From an uncultured Oligoflexus sp. (GTDB lineage: Bacteria; Bdellovibrionota_B; Oligoflexia; Oligoflexales; Oligoflexaceae): 50,640 nt of DNA. The stretch lies in NCBI GenBank assembly GCA_964236955.1, contig CAXSGP010000025.1, forward strand, positions 1 to 50,640, written 5' to 3'. Below the pieces are notes generated by a model that had not been told where the DNA came from, ran no database searches, and saw only the letters and a program-made list of their open reading frames with translations. The translations under genes and the position numbers were made by a program. This document shows, in pieces, positions 50,079 through 50,640 of the stretch (positions are counted from its first letter, which is position 1; each line of letters opens with the position of its first letter).

Positions 50079-50284
50079 GATCCATCCTTTGACTTGAGCC
50101 ACAACAAAACATGCTCCCATTTAAAACGTACCTGTGAGCGCAGCTTGAGCATGCAGTCATCCGGTAAAACCCGTTCATAACGCCACTTGCGAATGGTTTT
50201 TGGAGATACGTTAAGCTGCGCCCCTAGTTCTTCTGCTGTCAAAAGAATGCCAATTTCTTGATTGTCAAAGAGCTGACTAACCAT
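50075..50284 (-). CDS. Excisionase-like HTH protein
   Basis: LLT.EEL...L.VS.KTI.KW HTH; ATGA coupling to the integrase; start uncertain (50284 or 50329). Confidence 0.75.
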   Translation of the reverse strand: MVSQLFDNQEIGILLTAEELGAQLNVSPKTIRKWRYERVLPDDCMLKLRSQVRFKWEHVLLWLKSKDGS

Positions 50285-50640
50285 AACATTTTTCAGTTTA
50301 ATTTCAAATTGCGAATCATTTTTCAGCACGCATAGCCCTTTGTATAAGTCGTCATTTTGTTTTCAATGCTTTGAGATTATGGTTCGAAGCAACTGAATGG
50401 AAGATCGAGTTAGAGTTTTTGTTTTTCTTTTTGCAGTTTTGCATTTGCGCGAATCAATAAAGTATTGAGATTTAATCAGCTCTGCGAAACTTGACGATTC
50501 AATGACGCGGATTTTAGACAAATTTGAAATTATCTATATGTAATCATTAACAAATAAAAAATGATTATCTGTTTTGTGGGACCTGTTGTTACGTTGCGAT
50601 ACCAATGACTTGAATCCCTACTATCCGTTTCATTCCCGTT

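Larger units (their letters stand above)
48840..50640. mobile_element. End of a prophage/integrative element inserted at tRNA-Pro
   Basis: int-xis directly after the tRNA 3' end; AT-richer sequence; continues past the window edge. Confidence 0.75.

Overview
Bacterial chromosomal window with standard genetic code. Gene content and style suggest a Bdellovibrionota/Oligoflexia-like or myxobacteria-like predator lineage, but this is inference. Layout: (1) 1-12.7 kb is an accessory region of uncharacterised secreted proteins and lipoproteins. It holds a divergent cluster of Cys-stabilised coiled-coil proteins, two of which appear to share a hidden domain. It also holds a candidate bacteriocin-like gene pair, an ART/NAD-glycohydrolase-like toxin-immunity pair behind a sigma54-type promoter, and several decayed genes. 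(2) 12.8-19.7 kb is housekeeping/metabolic (DUF1993, GNAT, dgkA, acyl-CoA ligase, ETHE1-like dioxygenase, TrmH methyltransferase, PilZ). (3) An imuA-imuB-dnaE2 mutagenesis cassette has a palindrome over its promoter. (4) An AT-richer block at about 25.1-35 kb carries an IS66-like remnant, a secreted glycoside hydrolase and two-component signalling genes. (5) CHASE2-PP2C, lexA, an M48 protease, an oligopeptide ABC transporter, trxA, a DEAD-box helicase and an MnmD-like methyltransferase follow. (6) tRNA-Pro(TGG) is followed by the int/xis end of an integrated element that continues past the window. No CRISPR array or rRNA was seen. All family assignments are by motif recognition by eye; no database searches were run.
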